From NCBI GenBank assembly GCA_040388415.1, contig JAZKBV010000001.1:10369-74368 (forward strand): a DNA stretch of 64,000 nucleotides, read 5' to 3'. The notes under the pieces are model-generated. The model was given only the letters and a program-made list of their open reading frames with translations. It made no database searches and had not been told where the DNA came from. Shown piece by piece: positions 28,171-37,383 of this stretch (the stretch's first letter is position 1; each line of letters starts with the position of its first letter). Position numbers and translations under genes: made by a program. The DNA is from Patescibacteria group bacterium. GTDB lineage: Bacteria; Patescibacteriota; Minisyncoccia; Phycocordibacterales; PALSA-1337.

Positions 28171-28208
28171 AAACAAAAATACGTCCTGTCGGGGGCGTAT
28201 TTTTGTTT
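28171..28208 (+). terminator. Intrinsic terminator
   Basis: AAACAAAAATACGTCC...GGGCGTATTTTTGTTT. Confidence 0.75.
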
Positions 28209-28230
28209 TATATTGGTATATAATAGGTGC

Positions 28231-28770
28231 ATGAGCACAACACTACAAAAAGCCATATTTGCGAACGGATGTTTCTGGTGCACCGAAGCAGTTTTTTCGA
28301 TGCTCAAAGGGGTGAGCTCAGTCAAGCCAGGATATACTGGTGGCGACATAAAAAATCCCACCTATGAACAGGTGAGTAACGGCAATACTGGTCACGCTGA
28401 GGCTATCGAGATCCAATATGATCCAGAGATTATTTCTTATGATGATTTGCTGGCAGTGTATTTCAATACGCACGATCCAACGACAGTTAACAGACAAGGC
28501 AACGATATCGGCACTCAATATCGTTCAGCAATCTTCTATACGACAGATGAACAAAAAGCGAAGGCAGAAAGTTTGGTCAAAGAGTTGAATGATCGGGAGG
28601 CCTATGACAAGCCAGTGGTCACTGAGGTAAAGCCTCTCGATATATTTTATGAAGCTGAGGACTATCACCATGATTATTATAAGAATAATGAGAGCCAGCC
28701 GTATTGTCAGCTGGTGATTGCACCGAAACTTGAGAAGCTACAGAAGCGATTTGAGAATTTATTAAAATAA
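28231..28770 (+). CDS. msrA: Peptide-methionine (S)-S-oxide reductase
   Basis: GCFWC, GYTGG, TGHAE, RQGND.GTQYRS, AEDYH..YY, YC. Confidence 0.96.
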   Translation: MSTTLQKAIFANGCFWCTEAVFSMLKGVSSVKPGYTGGDIKNPTYEQVSNGNTGHAEAIEIQYDPEIISYDDLLAVYFNTHDPTTVNRQGNDIGTQYRSAIFYTTDEQKAKAESLVKELNDREAYDKPVVTEVKPLDIFYEAEDYHHDYYKNNESQPYCQLVIAPKLEKLQKRFENLLK

Positions 28771-28784
28771 CCGATACAAATACA

Positions 28785-29171
28785 ATGAATGAAGAAGAAC
28801 TCAAAAAGAAATTAACGCCTGAAGAATATCATGTGCTTCGCGAAAAGGGCACAGAAGCGCCTTTTAGTGGTGAACTCCTGAATGAAAAACGAACGGGGAC
28901 GTATATGTGCAAAGTCTGCGGTAGTCCACTTTTTCCTTCAACTGCTAAATTTGATTCTGGTACAGGCTGGCCATCGTTCGACCAGGCTCTTCCGGGAGCA
29001 ATCAAGCAGATAGAGGATATCAGCCATGGCATGCACCGTGTCGAAATCGTATGCGCAAAATGTGCTTCGCATCTCGGACATCTTTTTGACGACGGTCCGA
29101 CAGGTACTGGTAAACGATATTGTATGAATTCGGTCTGTCTTGAGCTTGCGGCCGAAGAGTCTAACGGGTAA
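28785..29171 (+). CDS. msrB: Peptide-methionine (R)-S-oxide reductase
   Basis: GTEAPF, KFDSGTGWPSF, HLGHLFDDGP, RYCMNS. Confidence 0.96.
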   Translation: MNEEELKKKLTPEEYHVLREKGTEAPFSGELLNEKRTGTYMCKVCGSPLFPSTAKFDSGTGWPSFDQALPGAIKQIEDISHGMHRVEIVCAKCASHLGHLFDDGPTGTGKRYCMNSVCLELAAEESNG

Positions 29172-29172
29172 T

Positions 29173-30207
29173 ATGAGTTTATCTATGAATTCTAGTGAAA
29201 TATCACCACTCATAATTGAGAAGGCTCCAATCATATTGGCTGAGATACAAAAAGCGAGAAGCATCCTTCTACATTGTCACCCTTCACCTGATCCTGATTC
29301 GGTGTGTTCTTCGCTTGCCATGAAGGCGGCATGCGAACAGTTAGGCAAAAAAGTTACGATCATTCGTGGAGATGCAGTTGTTCTGTCAGATGGTTTCGCT
29401 CGCTTTCCGGGTATTGAGACGATTGTTGGGAAAAGTTTTACTCAGGTCGATTTGAATGAATACGACTTGTTCATTGCGCTCGATAGCGCTTCGGCTGATA
29501 GAGTTTCAGCGAAGAATCCTCCAGCGTTTCCTTTGCCTATCAAGAGTATTAACATCGATCACCATAAGTCCAACACTTTTTTTGCCGACATCAATCTTGT
29601 TGATATGTGTACATCAGCGACGTTTATGCTGTACCAGCTTTTTACTATTTGGAATATTGAGATTACTCATGATATAGCGATCAATCTCTTTATGGGTATG
29701 TATACTGATAGTGGAGGATTTAAATACTACCCAATCGACCATCGAGTATTTCAAGTGGCCAGTGCGTTGGTCAAGATCGCACCAGATTTCGTGGATGTCA
29801 TATTTCATATGGAAAATAGTCAGAATTCTCAAGCGATCTATTTTGAAAGGCTTGCACTCGATTCCGTCGAAACTTTTTTGGGCGACAATATCGCCATGGC
29901 ATCTATTTCGTTCAAGCAAATCGAAGATCATAAGATACTGCTTGATTCTATTCATGTCGATATACCAAATAAACTGAAGTCTGTTGTCGGCTGGAATGTC
30001 GGTATGATGCTTGTTGAGCGTGAGCCCGATATAGTTAAAGTCAGTATGCGCACCCGCGATATAGAGAGATTTGATGTCTCAAAGCTCGCAGTTGCACTTG
30101 GTGGTGGCGGGCACCGTGCGGCTGCGGGCATTCTTTTTAAAGGACTTTCACTAGCCGAAGCAAAAGAAAAAATTGTATCAAAAGCAAAAGAACTGTATAA
30201 TCTCTAA
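29173..30207 (+). CDS. nrnA: DHH/DHHA1 phosphoesterase (NrnA-like oligoribonuclease/pAp phosphatase)
   Basis: HPSPDPD, IDHH, GMYTDSGGF, SMR, GGGHRAAAG. Confidence 0.85.
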   Translation: MSLSMNSSEISPLIIEKAPIILAEIQKARSILLHCHPSPDPDSVCSSLAMKAACEQLGKKVTIIRGDAVVLSDGFARFPGIETIVGKSFTQVDLNEYDLFIALDSASADRVSAKNPPAFPLPIKSINIDHHKSNTFFADINLVDMCTSATFMLYQLFTIWNIEITHDIAINLFMGMYTDSGGFKYYPIDHRVFQVASALVKIAPDFVDVIFHMENSQNSQAIYFERLALDSVETFLGDNIAMASISFKQIEDHKILLDSIHVDIPNKLKSVVGWNVGMMLVEREPDIVKVSMRTRDIERFDVSKLAVALGGGGHRAAAGILFKGLSLAEAKEKIVSKAKELYNL

Positions 30208-30210
30208 ACT

Positions 30211-30867
30211 ATGAAAAAACTTATTACACTTATTTCTATTCTTGTCGTCATCGCTGTGGCTTGGTTACTTCTCGATAACCGTTCACAGTATCCCAAGAGT
30301 GACGAGGAGTCTGTGGCACCGCCTGCGACTACGACTGCGCCAGGTATAGCAACAGATTCGATTACTACTTCATCAACAAATACTACTATGCATCACACCG
30401 TTACTATCGAAACCAACAAAGGCACCATCGTTTTTGAGACATATGACAATGATGCGCCAAAGACAGCTGCGAATTTCATCTCGCTTGCGAACAAAGGTTT
30501 CTACAATAACCTCATCTTCCATCGTGTGATCGAAGGGTTCATGATCCAAGGTGGAGATCCTACAGGTACTGGCACGGGTGGCCCAGGATATAAGTTCGCT
30601 GATGAGCTCAACCCAAATACAGATTCATATAAGGCCGGATATGTTCGCGGTGTCGTAGCTATGGCAAACTCTGGTCCAGATACTAACGGCAGCCAGTTCT
30701 TTATCATGCACAAAGACACACCACTCCCTCATAACTATAGTATCTTCGGCAAGGTCATATCGGGCATGGATGTAGTCGACGCTATCGCTGCGACTCCTGT
30801 TAACGGTTCAGATAAGCCTCTCCAGGATATCATCATGAAGAAAGTCACTGTTGCTGAAGTAAAATAG
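30211..30867 (+). CDS. Membrane-anchored cyclophilin-type peptidyl-prolyl isomerase
   Basis: FHRVIEGFMIQGGDPTGTGTGGPGY, AMANSGPDTNGSQFFI; N-terminal TM. Confidence 0.95.
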   Translation: MKKLITLISILVVIAVAWLLLDNRSQYPKSDEESVAPPATTTAPGIATDSITTSSTNTTMHHTVTIETNKGTIVFETYDNDAPKTAANFISLANKGFYNNLIFHRVIEGFMIQGGDPTGTGTGGPGYKFADELNPNTDSYKAGYVRGVVAMANSGPDTNGSQFFIMHKDTPLPHNYSIFGKVISGMDVVDAIAATPVNGSDKPLQDIIMKKVTVAEVK

Positions 30868-30878
30868 CTTAGTAATAG

Positions 30879-30950
30879 TACCCCCGGCAGGAATTGAACC
30901 TACATCCACTCCTTAGGACGGAGTTGTTCTATCCGTTGAACTACGGGGGC
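30879..30950 (-). tRNA. tRNA-Arg (CCT)
   Basis: Minus strand GCCCCCGTAGTTCAACGGATAGAAC...ACTCC-GTCCTAA-GGAGT...GGTTCAATTCC...CGGGGGTA; cloverleaf; CCA not encoded. Confidence 0.93.
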
Positions 30951-31032
30951 AGAACGGTAAATAGAGGATAGCATAGATTTATTCCGCTATATACTTTTGC
31001 AAATCAGCCCGTTTTCTGTTAATGTTTTGAGC

Positions 31033-31308
31033 ATGACGCCTGAGGAAAAATCATTACTTGAACGCACCTATAAGCTCGTTGAAGAGAACAACGATATTCT
31101 TATCAAGATGCGTCGTGGTGCTCGCATCACAAACATAATGAGGATCGTGTACTGGGCAGTCATTCTTATCCTTAGTTTCGGCGCGTATTATTTCATACAG
31201 CCGTATCTCAATCTCATGATTGGGTCGCTCGGTTCGCTCAGTGGTTTTGTGGGCAATGCCAATGCTGCAAACGACGCTGCGCAATCACTCAAGGATTTAT
31301 TGAAGTAG
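31033..31308 (+). CDS. Small membrane protein
   Basis: MTPEEK..L.EENN.IL helix, TM 'IVYWAVILILSFGAYYFIQPYL'. Confidence 0.7.
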   Translation: MTPEEKSLLERTYKLVEENNDILIKMRRGARITNIMRIVYWAVILILSFGAYYFIQPYLNLMIGSLGSLSGFVGNANAANDAAQSLKDLLK

Positions 31309-31322
31309 GGTTTGGTACCAAC

Positions 31323-31334
31323 GCCAAGGTAGCT
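31323..31334 (+). repeat. 12-bp copy of the tRNA-Phe 5' end
   Basis: GCCAAGGTAGCT identical to 31396-31407. Confidence 0.6.
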
Positions 31335-31395
31335 GTTTTGGTAGATATACATCGACAAAGGTTAGTGAATCATTTAAAATCAGTTTTCCAACATT

Positions 31396-31471
31396 GCCAA
31401 GGTAGCTCAGTTGGTAGAGCATTCCCCTGAAGAGGGAAGGGTCACCAGTTCGATCCTGGTCCTTGGCACCA
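31396..31471 (+). tRNA. tRNA-Phe (GAA)
   Basis: GCCAAGGTAGCTCAGTTGGTAGAGC...TTCCC-CTGAAGA-GGGAA...GTTCGATCC...CCTTGGCACCA. Confidence 0.96.
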
Positions 31472-31493
31472 CATATTGCGGGATGGAGGAACA

Positions 31494-31514
31494 TTCGATC
31501 CTGGTCCTTGGCAC
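31494..31514 (+). repeat. 21-bp copy of the tRNA-Phe 3' end (att-like)
   Basis: TTCGATCCTGGTCCTTGGCAC identical to 31449-31469. Confidence 0.8.
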
Positions 31515-31686
31515 ATAATAAGGCTTAAAATATAGGTCAAGGGGTACTTGACAAATAGGATATATGTAGTATATAATGTACCTATACGACTTAGTTATAG
31601 GCGTATCTTTAGTAATAATCTACCCGCTTTTACGGCTTGATTAAGCCACTGTACGTGGTATATCAAGTGTGATAGCTTTACATTAT

Positions 31687-32967
31687 ATGACTTATTCAAT
31701 AAACAAAAATTACATTTTCGGAAGCATAGTCCTCGGACTCGCTCTCGTCTTTGTGGTTGGCTTGTCTCAGGCTCCACGTGCTGAGGCTTGTAACTCTGGT
31801 TGTGGTACATACTACCCGCCGACCTACAATACGCCACCACAGCCGTCTGCTTCTCCGCTCTATGTTCAGTGTTACCCACAGCCTTTGACGGCAAATGTCG
31901 GTGACAGTGCTACTTGGGTGTCGAACATCTCAGGTGGAAATGGATCATTCAGTTATTCATGGTCAGGCACTGACGGTCTCGTTGGCGCAGGTCCTTCAAT
32001 AGCAAAGGTCTACTACACAAGCGGTTCAAAGAGCGCGACTCTTACGGTCACTTCAGGAAGCCAGACAAAATCTGTCTCGTGTAGTGGAACTGTTACTGTA
32101 TACGGCAATACAAATACATACGATTATCCTCCTGTATACCAGCCACCAGTATATGTTCCACCAACCTATTACCCACCAACATATTACTCTCCGCTCCAGA
32201 TCACGTGTACTCCTAACATTACTTATACCAATGTAGGTACTACGGTCACATGGTCAGCAAACGTCTATGGTGGTAGTAACAATGGATACTACGGTATGAC
32301 CTATTCATGGTCAGGCACTGACGGTCTCTATGGTAATGGTCAGTCAATCTCGACGACATATAACAATCCTGGATACAAGACAGCTACAGTTACCGTCTAT
32401 TCAAATGGACAGACAGCTACTCAGGCTTGTTCAAATTCAGTCAATGTCACTGGTTATAACTACAACTATCAATCGACGTACTACAATTACAATAACGCCT
32501 ACGGCTCAAATAACAGCGGTCTCAACATCGGTTGTTATTCAGATCCACAGACAGCTTCGGTCAACCAGCCGATCACCTGGTCTGTAGAAGTCACTGGCGG
32601 TGTCGGTCCTTACACATACTCATGGTCTGGTACTGATGGTCTCTCTGGTTCAGCGATCTCTGTTGTAAAATATTACAACTCACGCGGTGAAAAGAGTGCT
32701 ATCGTCTCAGTTACCTCAGCGGATGGAAAGACAGGCACACATGCTTGTAGTAATACATTGAATGTTCGCAGTCCAGGTGGTGCAGTCACTAAGCCTGTCA
32801 CTCCTGCTCCTACACAGACAGCTCCAGCTAATGACCAGAACAATGGTCAGTCTGCAGCAGCCCTCTTCTCACTTCAGAGCATTCCTTGGGGTTGGGTAGC
32901 TATACTCATCATCCTCGTCCTCTTCGCTACTATCATGTATCTCATCTTCAATCGTCCAAAGATCTAA
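31687..32967 (+). CDS. Cell-surface protein with three PKD/Ig-like repeats and a C-terminal TM anchor
   Basis: Signal peptide; three 'C.P...V...W...YSWSGTDGL...K.A.V.V.S...C' repeats; Tyr/Pro-rich linkers; 27-bp identical DNA at 31954 and 32302. Confidence 0.8.
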   Translation: MTYSINKNYIFGSIVLGLALVFVVGLSQAPRAEACNSGCGTYYPPTYNTPPQPSASPLYVQCYPQPLTANVGDSATWVSNISGGNGSFSYSWSGTDGLVGAGPSIAKVYYTSGSKSATLTVTSGSQTKSVSCSGTVTVYGNTNTYDYPPVYQPPVYVPPTYYPPTYYSPLQITCTPNITYTNVGTTVTWSANVYGGSNNGYYGMTYSWSGTDGLYGNGQSISTTYNNPGYKTATVTVYSNGQTATQACSNSVNVTGYNYNYQSTYYNYNNAYGSNNSGLNIGCYSDPQTASVNQPITWSVEVTGGVGPYTYSWSGTDGLSGSAISVVKYYNSRGEKSAIVSVTSADGKTGTHACSNTLNVRSPGGAVTKPVTPAPTQTAPANDQNNGQSAAALFSLQSIPWGWVAILIILVLFATIMYLIFNRPKI

Positions 32968-33033
32968 CATCTTTGATGGTTGTGAGAGAGCTGGGCGGGT
33001 GTGACTCCAAATAATGTCTAAATAGCCTATAAC

Positions 33034-33063
33034 ACAGAAGCCCCCAGAAATGGGGGCTTCTGT
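33034..33063. terminator. Bidirectional terminator
   Basis: ACAGAAGCCCCCA-GAAA-TGGGGGCTTCTGT. Confidence 0.85.
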
Positions 33064-33074
33064 TATGGTTTTTT

Positions 33075-34850
33075 TTATTTCTTCTCCCTGATCTCGCTCT
33101 CGATCTTGGTCAATACCTCTTCAACTTTCAATTGGCCTATCTGACCATGGTCACGGCTTTCGAGAGTGACTGCGCCAGCAGCGATATCTTTGTCACCGAT
33201 GATAATGAAGTAGGGAATATTGGCCGTCTTGGCATTGCGTATCTTCTTACCAAAGCCGGCGTTCGAACTATCGAACTCAGAGCGAATCATCTTTGAGCGG
33301 AGGAGGTCGTGCACTTTTTGTGCTTCTGCAACATGTGTATCGCCGACAGGGATGACCGCCACTTGGACTGGGGCGAGCCAGAGAGGAAACTTGCCTCCAT
33401 AATGCTCTATAAGGAAGCCAATGAAGCGTTCATGGGTGCCGAGTGGGGCACGATGGATACAGAGAGGTGTTTTTTCAGTGCCATCTTTGTCTGCGTAGGT
33501 GAGACCAAACTTCTGTGGTACAGAGAAGTCGACTTGGTTTGTAGCAAGCGTAAACTCACGTCCGATGGCACTCCAGACCTGTACATCGATCTTTGGGCCA
33601 TAGAAGGCTGCTTCATTTGGCACTTCGATAAAAGGAATCTTTGAATCGACGAGAACCTTGCGTACCATATCCTCGGTCTTTTTCCAGAGGATTGGATCAT
33701 TCACGTATTTTTCACCAAGCTTCTTTGGGTCATGGGTTGAAAAGCGCATAATGAACTTGTCGACACCAAATATCTTGAAGTAATAGAGATACATCTCGTT
33801 AACGGCACGGAATTCATCTGCAAACTGCTCTTCAGTACAATATATATGCGCATCATTCATCTGGAGGGCACGTACACGCATGAGGCCGAAAAGCTCGCCA
33901 GATTTCTCATGACGGTAACAAGTGCCGTATTCTGCGAGACGGAGAGGGAGGTCACGGTAGCTCTTTGGGCGTGCCGCATAAATCTTGTGATGGTGCGGGC
34001 AGTTCATGGCCTTGAGATAGTACTTACCACCCTCGTATTCCATAGGAGGAAACATGCTGTCTTCGTAGTACGGCAAGTGACCGCTCTTCAAGTACATAGA
34101 CTCCTTGGCAAGGTGAGGGGTCTTAACACGCGAGTAACCCATCTTGAATTCGGTCTCCTTGGCGAGCTTCTCAAGTTCTTCTATAAGGACAGCGCCATTT
34201 GGCAACCAGAGAGCAAGTCCCGGTCCTACATCATCATCAAAGTCGAATATATCCATCTCTTTACCGATCTTACGGTGATCACGCTTTTCGGCTTCTTTCA
34301 TCATGGTTTCGTACGCATCAAGCGCTTCCTTTGTTTCAAACGCGAGACCATATATACGAGTGAGCTGAGTATTGGCTTCGTTACCTTTCCAATATGCTCC
34401 AGCAATGCGTGAGAGCTTGAATGAATCGGCTGGGATGTCCTTGGCCGGGCTCTCAGAGTGGCCACCACGACAAAGGTCGGTGAAGTGTCCAGCAGTATAG
34501 AGAGTGATCTTTTCTCCTTTAGCTACGATGTCAGATATGAGCTCGAGCTTATATTGATTGCCTTTGAATGCTTCGCGGGCCTCAACTTCTGACACTTCTT
34601 TGCCAGACATGTCCTTCCATGAAGGCAAAAGCTTGCGCATCTTCTTTTCAATATCCTTCAGTTCTTTCTCGGTAGGCTTGTTTGGCGTGCCGTCGGCGTT
34701 CATACCGAATTCGTAGTCATAATAAAAACCGTTGTCTACTGCTGGTCCGATAGTTGGCTTGGCATCTGGATAGAGCTCGAGAACTGCTGCAGCCATCAGA
34801 TGGGCGAGGGTATGACGAGCATGGACAAGCTTTTCATTGGTTGGATTCAT
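33075..34850 (-). CDS. thrS: Threonine--tRNA ligase
   Basis: RHTLAHLMA, DLCRGGH, RDHRKIG, KAMNCPHH, AFYGPKID, HRAPLGTHERF. Confidence 0.98.
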   Translation of the reverse strand: MNPTNEKLVHARHTLAHLMAAAVLELYPDAKPTIGPAVDNGFYYDYEFGMNADGTPNKPTEKELKDIEKKMRKLLPSWKDMSGKEVSEVEAREAFKGNQYKLELISDIVAKGEKITLYTAGHFTDLCRGGHSESPAKDIPADSFKLSRIAGAYWKGNEANTQLTRIYGLAFETKEALDAYETMMKEAEKRDHRKIGKEMDIFDFDDDVGPGLALWLPNGAVLIEELEKLAKETEFKMGYSRVKTPHLAKESMYLKSGHLPYYEDSMFPPMEYEGGKYYLKAMNCPHHHKIYAARPKSYRDLPLRLAEYGTCYRHEKSGELFGLMRVRALQMNDAHIYCTEEQFADEFRAVNEMYLYYFKIFGVDKFIMRFSTHDPKKLGEKYVNDPILWKKTEDMVRKVLVDSKIPFIEVPNEAAFYGPKIDVQVWSAIGREFTLATNQVDFSVPQKFGLTYADKDGTEKTPLCIHRAPLGTHERFIGFLIEHYGGKFPLWLAPVQVAVIPVGDTHVAEAQKVHDLLRSKMIRSEFDSSNAGFGKKIRNAKTANIPYFIIIGDKDIAAGAVTLESRDHGQIGQLKVEEVLTKIESEIREKK

Positions 34851-34888
34851 AGTGAGATAAATATAGCACTTTCGGATAAAAAACGCAG

Positions 34889-36388
34889 TTAGCCGAGCTT
34901 CTTGGTCAAAATTTCTTTTATAACTGCTGGGTTGGCAGCACCCTTGGTGGCTTTCATAGCCTGACCGATCAAGAACTGGATAGAGGCGACTTTACCGGCT
35001 CTATATTCGGCTACGACAGAAGCATTATCGGCAATGACCTTATCTATGGCAGGTTCAATAGAAGCTGCATCGCTCTTTTGGATAAGTCCGTGCGCGTCTG
35101 CAAGTGCTTTTGGTGAGGTGTTCTTTGAAGCTTCATCGGTAACCAGTAGAGACAGGATCTTCTTTGCTCCAGAAGATGACATATCACCTGCACTGATCAT
35201 GTTGATAAGCTCTGCGAAGTGTTTAGGGGCTATCAAATCAAGCATGTTAACCCAATTTGAGGCAGTTTTGGTACCAACAGCAGGAAGCTTCTTTAATAGA
35301 CCTGCATAGTCAGTGAGAAGATAGTTGATGACAAGGCGGACAGACTTCAGGTCTTTATTTGTTAGACTAGAAACTACATCATCAAAGTATCGTGAGAGTA
35401 GTCCAGTATAGTCATCGACGAATACCTCAGCCTCCTTATCAGTAGCACCAAACTCTTTCTTGAATCGCTCACGACGCACCCAAGGGAAGTTGAGGATACC
35501 GTGAGCATCTTTCAACTCTTTCTCAAGCGCTGATTTTGCGAACTCAGGCATCTCAGAAATCTTGAGCTTCGGTATATCAGGGTCAGGGAAGTAGCGATAG
35601 TCATGTGAGCTCTCCTTTGATCGTTGTGAATAGGTGGTGTTAGTTTTTTCATCCCAACCTCTGGTTTCTTGTTTTACCTTTTCACCAGCTTCGATGAGCG
35701 CGATCTGTCTCTCGATCTCGTGAGCGATAGCTCCTTCGACAGCACGAAATGAGTTGAGGTTCTTAACTTCTGTTTTGGTGCCAAACTTTTTTGCTGCAGT
35801 GTCTTCTTCTGAAGCAACTGAAATATTTGCTTCGACGCGCATCTCACCTTTTTCCATGTTCGCTTCACCGGCACCAAGGTAGCGGAGGAGGAGTTGAAGT
35901 TCTTTTGCAAAGTCGGTTGCAGTCTTTGCGTCACGAATAGTTGGAGTGGTCACGAGCTCCATGAGAGGGACTCCTGAGCGATTGAAGTTCACTAAACTTT
36001 TTTCATGAGTGTCATGTGTCGACTGAGCGGTGTCTTCTTCAAGATGGATGCGTTCGAGTGCGACGCCAGCAAGCGTTCCTCCAGAGATGAGAGGGTAGGC
36101 ATATTGACTGATCTGGTAGCCTTTCGGTATGTCAGGATAAAAATAATTTTTACGATCCCACTCAGTGAAGTCTGCGAGCGTACCGTCAACAGCGACTCCG
36201 ACTTTGAGTACATGCTTGATTGCTTCTTTGTTTAAAACAGGGAGCGTGCCTGGATGACCGAGACAGATCGAACAAACATTGACGTTCGCTTTTTCTTCAT
36301 CAGGATTGTTCGCACATGAGCAGAACATCTTTGACTGAGTCTTGAGTTCTGCATGGATCTCGAGACCAATAGTAGGAATGTATTTCAT
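34889..36388 (-). CDS. gatB: Asp/Glu-tRNA amidotransferase subunit B
   Basis: IGLEIHAEL, RKNYFYPD.PKGYQISQ, HLEED, NRSGVPLMELVT, EVKNLNSF, YRYFPDPD. Confidence 0.98.
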   Translation of the reverse strand: MKYIPTIGLEIHAELKTQSKMFCSCANNPDEEKANVNVCSICLGHPGTLPVLNKEAIKHVLKVGVAVDGTLADFTEWDRKNYFYPDIPKGYQISQYAYPLISGGTLAGVALERIHLEEDTAQSTHDTHEKSLVNFNRSGVPLMELVTTPTIRDAKTATDFAKELQLLLRYLGAGEANMEKGEMRVEANISVASEEDTAAKKFGTKTEVKNLNSFRAVEGAIAHEIERQIALIEAGEKVKQETRGWDEKTNTTYSQRSKESSHDYRYFPDPDIPKLKISEMPEFAKSALEKELKDAHGILNFPWVRRERFKKEFGATDKEAEVFVDDYTGLLSRYFDDVVSSLTNKDLKSVRLVINYLLTDYAGLLKKLPAVGTKTASNWVNMLDLIAPKHFAELINMISAGDMSSSGAKKILSLLVTDEASKNTSPKALADAHGLIQKSDAASIEPAIDKVIADNASVVAEYRAGKVASIQFLIGQAMKATKGAANPAVIKEILTKKLG

Positions 36389-36405
36389 CTGTTCAGTCTA
36401 TAAAT

Positions 36406-36435
36406 AATAAACCCCTCGTGCAAGAGGAGTTTATT
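36406..36435 (-). terminator. Terminator of the small HTH gene
   Basis: AATAAACCCCTC...GAGGAGTTTATT. Confidence 0.55.
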
Positions 36436-36458
36436 TTAAAAACGTGGTCTATTTTTAT

Positions 36459-36716
36459 TTAATCCTCATGCCTGACCAAGAGCTTTCGGGGACCTTTAGG
36501 TGCTCGCTTGCGTGGGGGTCGTTTTTCCTTGTTTGTTGAAATTTCTGTCAAGAGTTTCTCGATGTCCTCACGACGATAGACACGGTAGTTGTTGAAGGGA
36601 TGTCGGCTCGCCTCAAGCTTGCCACTGTTGTCCCAATTGCGCAGGGTGAGAGCAGTTACTCCGAGCATTGTTGCTGCTTGTTTGACGGTTAAAAGGCGGT
36701 TTGAGCTCGTTTCCAT
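36459..36716 (-). CDS. Small MerR/BldC-like HTH DNA-binding protein with basic tail
   Basis: LLTVKQAATMLGVTALTLRNWD..GKL...R.P.NNYRVY. Confidence 0.9.
   Translation of the reverse strand: METSSNRLLTVKQAATMLGVTALTLRNWDNSGKLEASRHPFNNYRVYRREDIEKLLTEISTNKEKRPPRKRAPKGPRKLLVRHED
36523..36704. repeat. 182-bp exact direct repeat, copy 1 (inside the HTH gene)
   Basis: Base-for-base identical to 37202-37383. Confidence 0.97.
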
Positions 36717-36726
36717 GATTCATATA

Positions 36727-36748
36727 GTATACATGATAACCTGTATAC
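36727..36748 (-). promoter_or_regulatory. Inverted repeat in the HTH gene promoter
   Basis: GTATACA-N8-TGTATAC spanning the spacer of a minus-strand TTAACG-N16-TATACT promoter. Confidence 0.5.
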
Positions 36749-37201
36749 GTTAAAACGTTGATAAATGCGCTGGTGGATTGGGGGATAGATTTTGTGTTCA
36801 AAATCGGACGTTTTTCAGAGCGGTTTTCGTTTAAAAGAGTATAAAAAGCGATCTCAAAAAACCTAGTAAAATCGACCTCTGCTAGCCGAGATTGCCGTAT
36901 TTTTCGTGATTAAAATTGCATGAGCTTAATCAAAAAAATAAGGAATTTTTAATGCATTTTTTGATCAAAATAGAATCAAAATTTCATCCAATGAAATGAT
37001 GATCTAGATGTTTGAAGAGCTATAAAGTCGTGTTACAGGGTGAAGCGAATGCGAGGCGCACTTATGTGATAGTAGTATGTATCAACGAAGTACTTATTTT
37101 ACATTCAAATCTCATTTTAAATATGTTGAAAATAGACAATTAACATAGCGTTTTTTATTAGCAGAAAGCAATGGCTTAAATAGTAGCTTTTTAAGAAACA
37201 G

Positions 37202-37383
37202 TTTTCCTTGTTTGTTGAAATTTCTGTCAAGAGTTTCTCGATGTCCTCACGACGATAGACACGGTAGTTGTTGAAGGGATGTCGGCTCGCCTCAAGCTTG
37301 CCACTGTTGTCCCAATTGCGCAGGGTGAGAGCAGTTACTCCGAGCATTGTTGCTGCTTGTTTGACGGTTAAAAGGCGGTTTGA
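37202..37383. repeat. 182-bp exact direct repeat, copy 2 (intergenic, start-less HTH gene fragment)
   Basis: Identical to 36523-36704; lacks the native ATG and tail; in-frame upstream TAG; can only give the ORF 37117-37347 from an internal Met. Confidence 0.97.

Noticed and set aside
34868-34896. dif-like site (ACTTTCGGATAA...)
   Set aside because: No XerD arm (TTATGTTAAAT) at the required spacing
36459-36716. IS607 TnpA or prophage excisionase
   Set aside because: No resolvase domain, tnpB or integrase adjacent
37117-37347. Second complete MerR-like gene
   Set aside because: It is only the duplicated fragment read from an internal Met; it lacks the first HTH helix and has no evident promoter, so it is listed as a repeat
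36523-37383. DGR TR/VR pair
   Set aside because: The copies have no mismatches (no adenine-specific differences), cover the HTH core rather than a C-terminal variable region, and no RT is nearby
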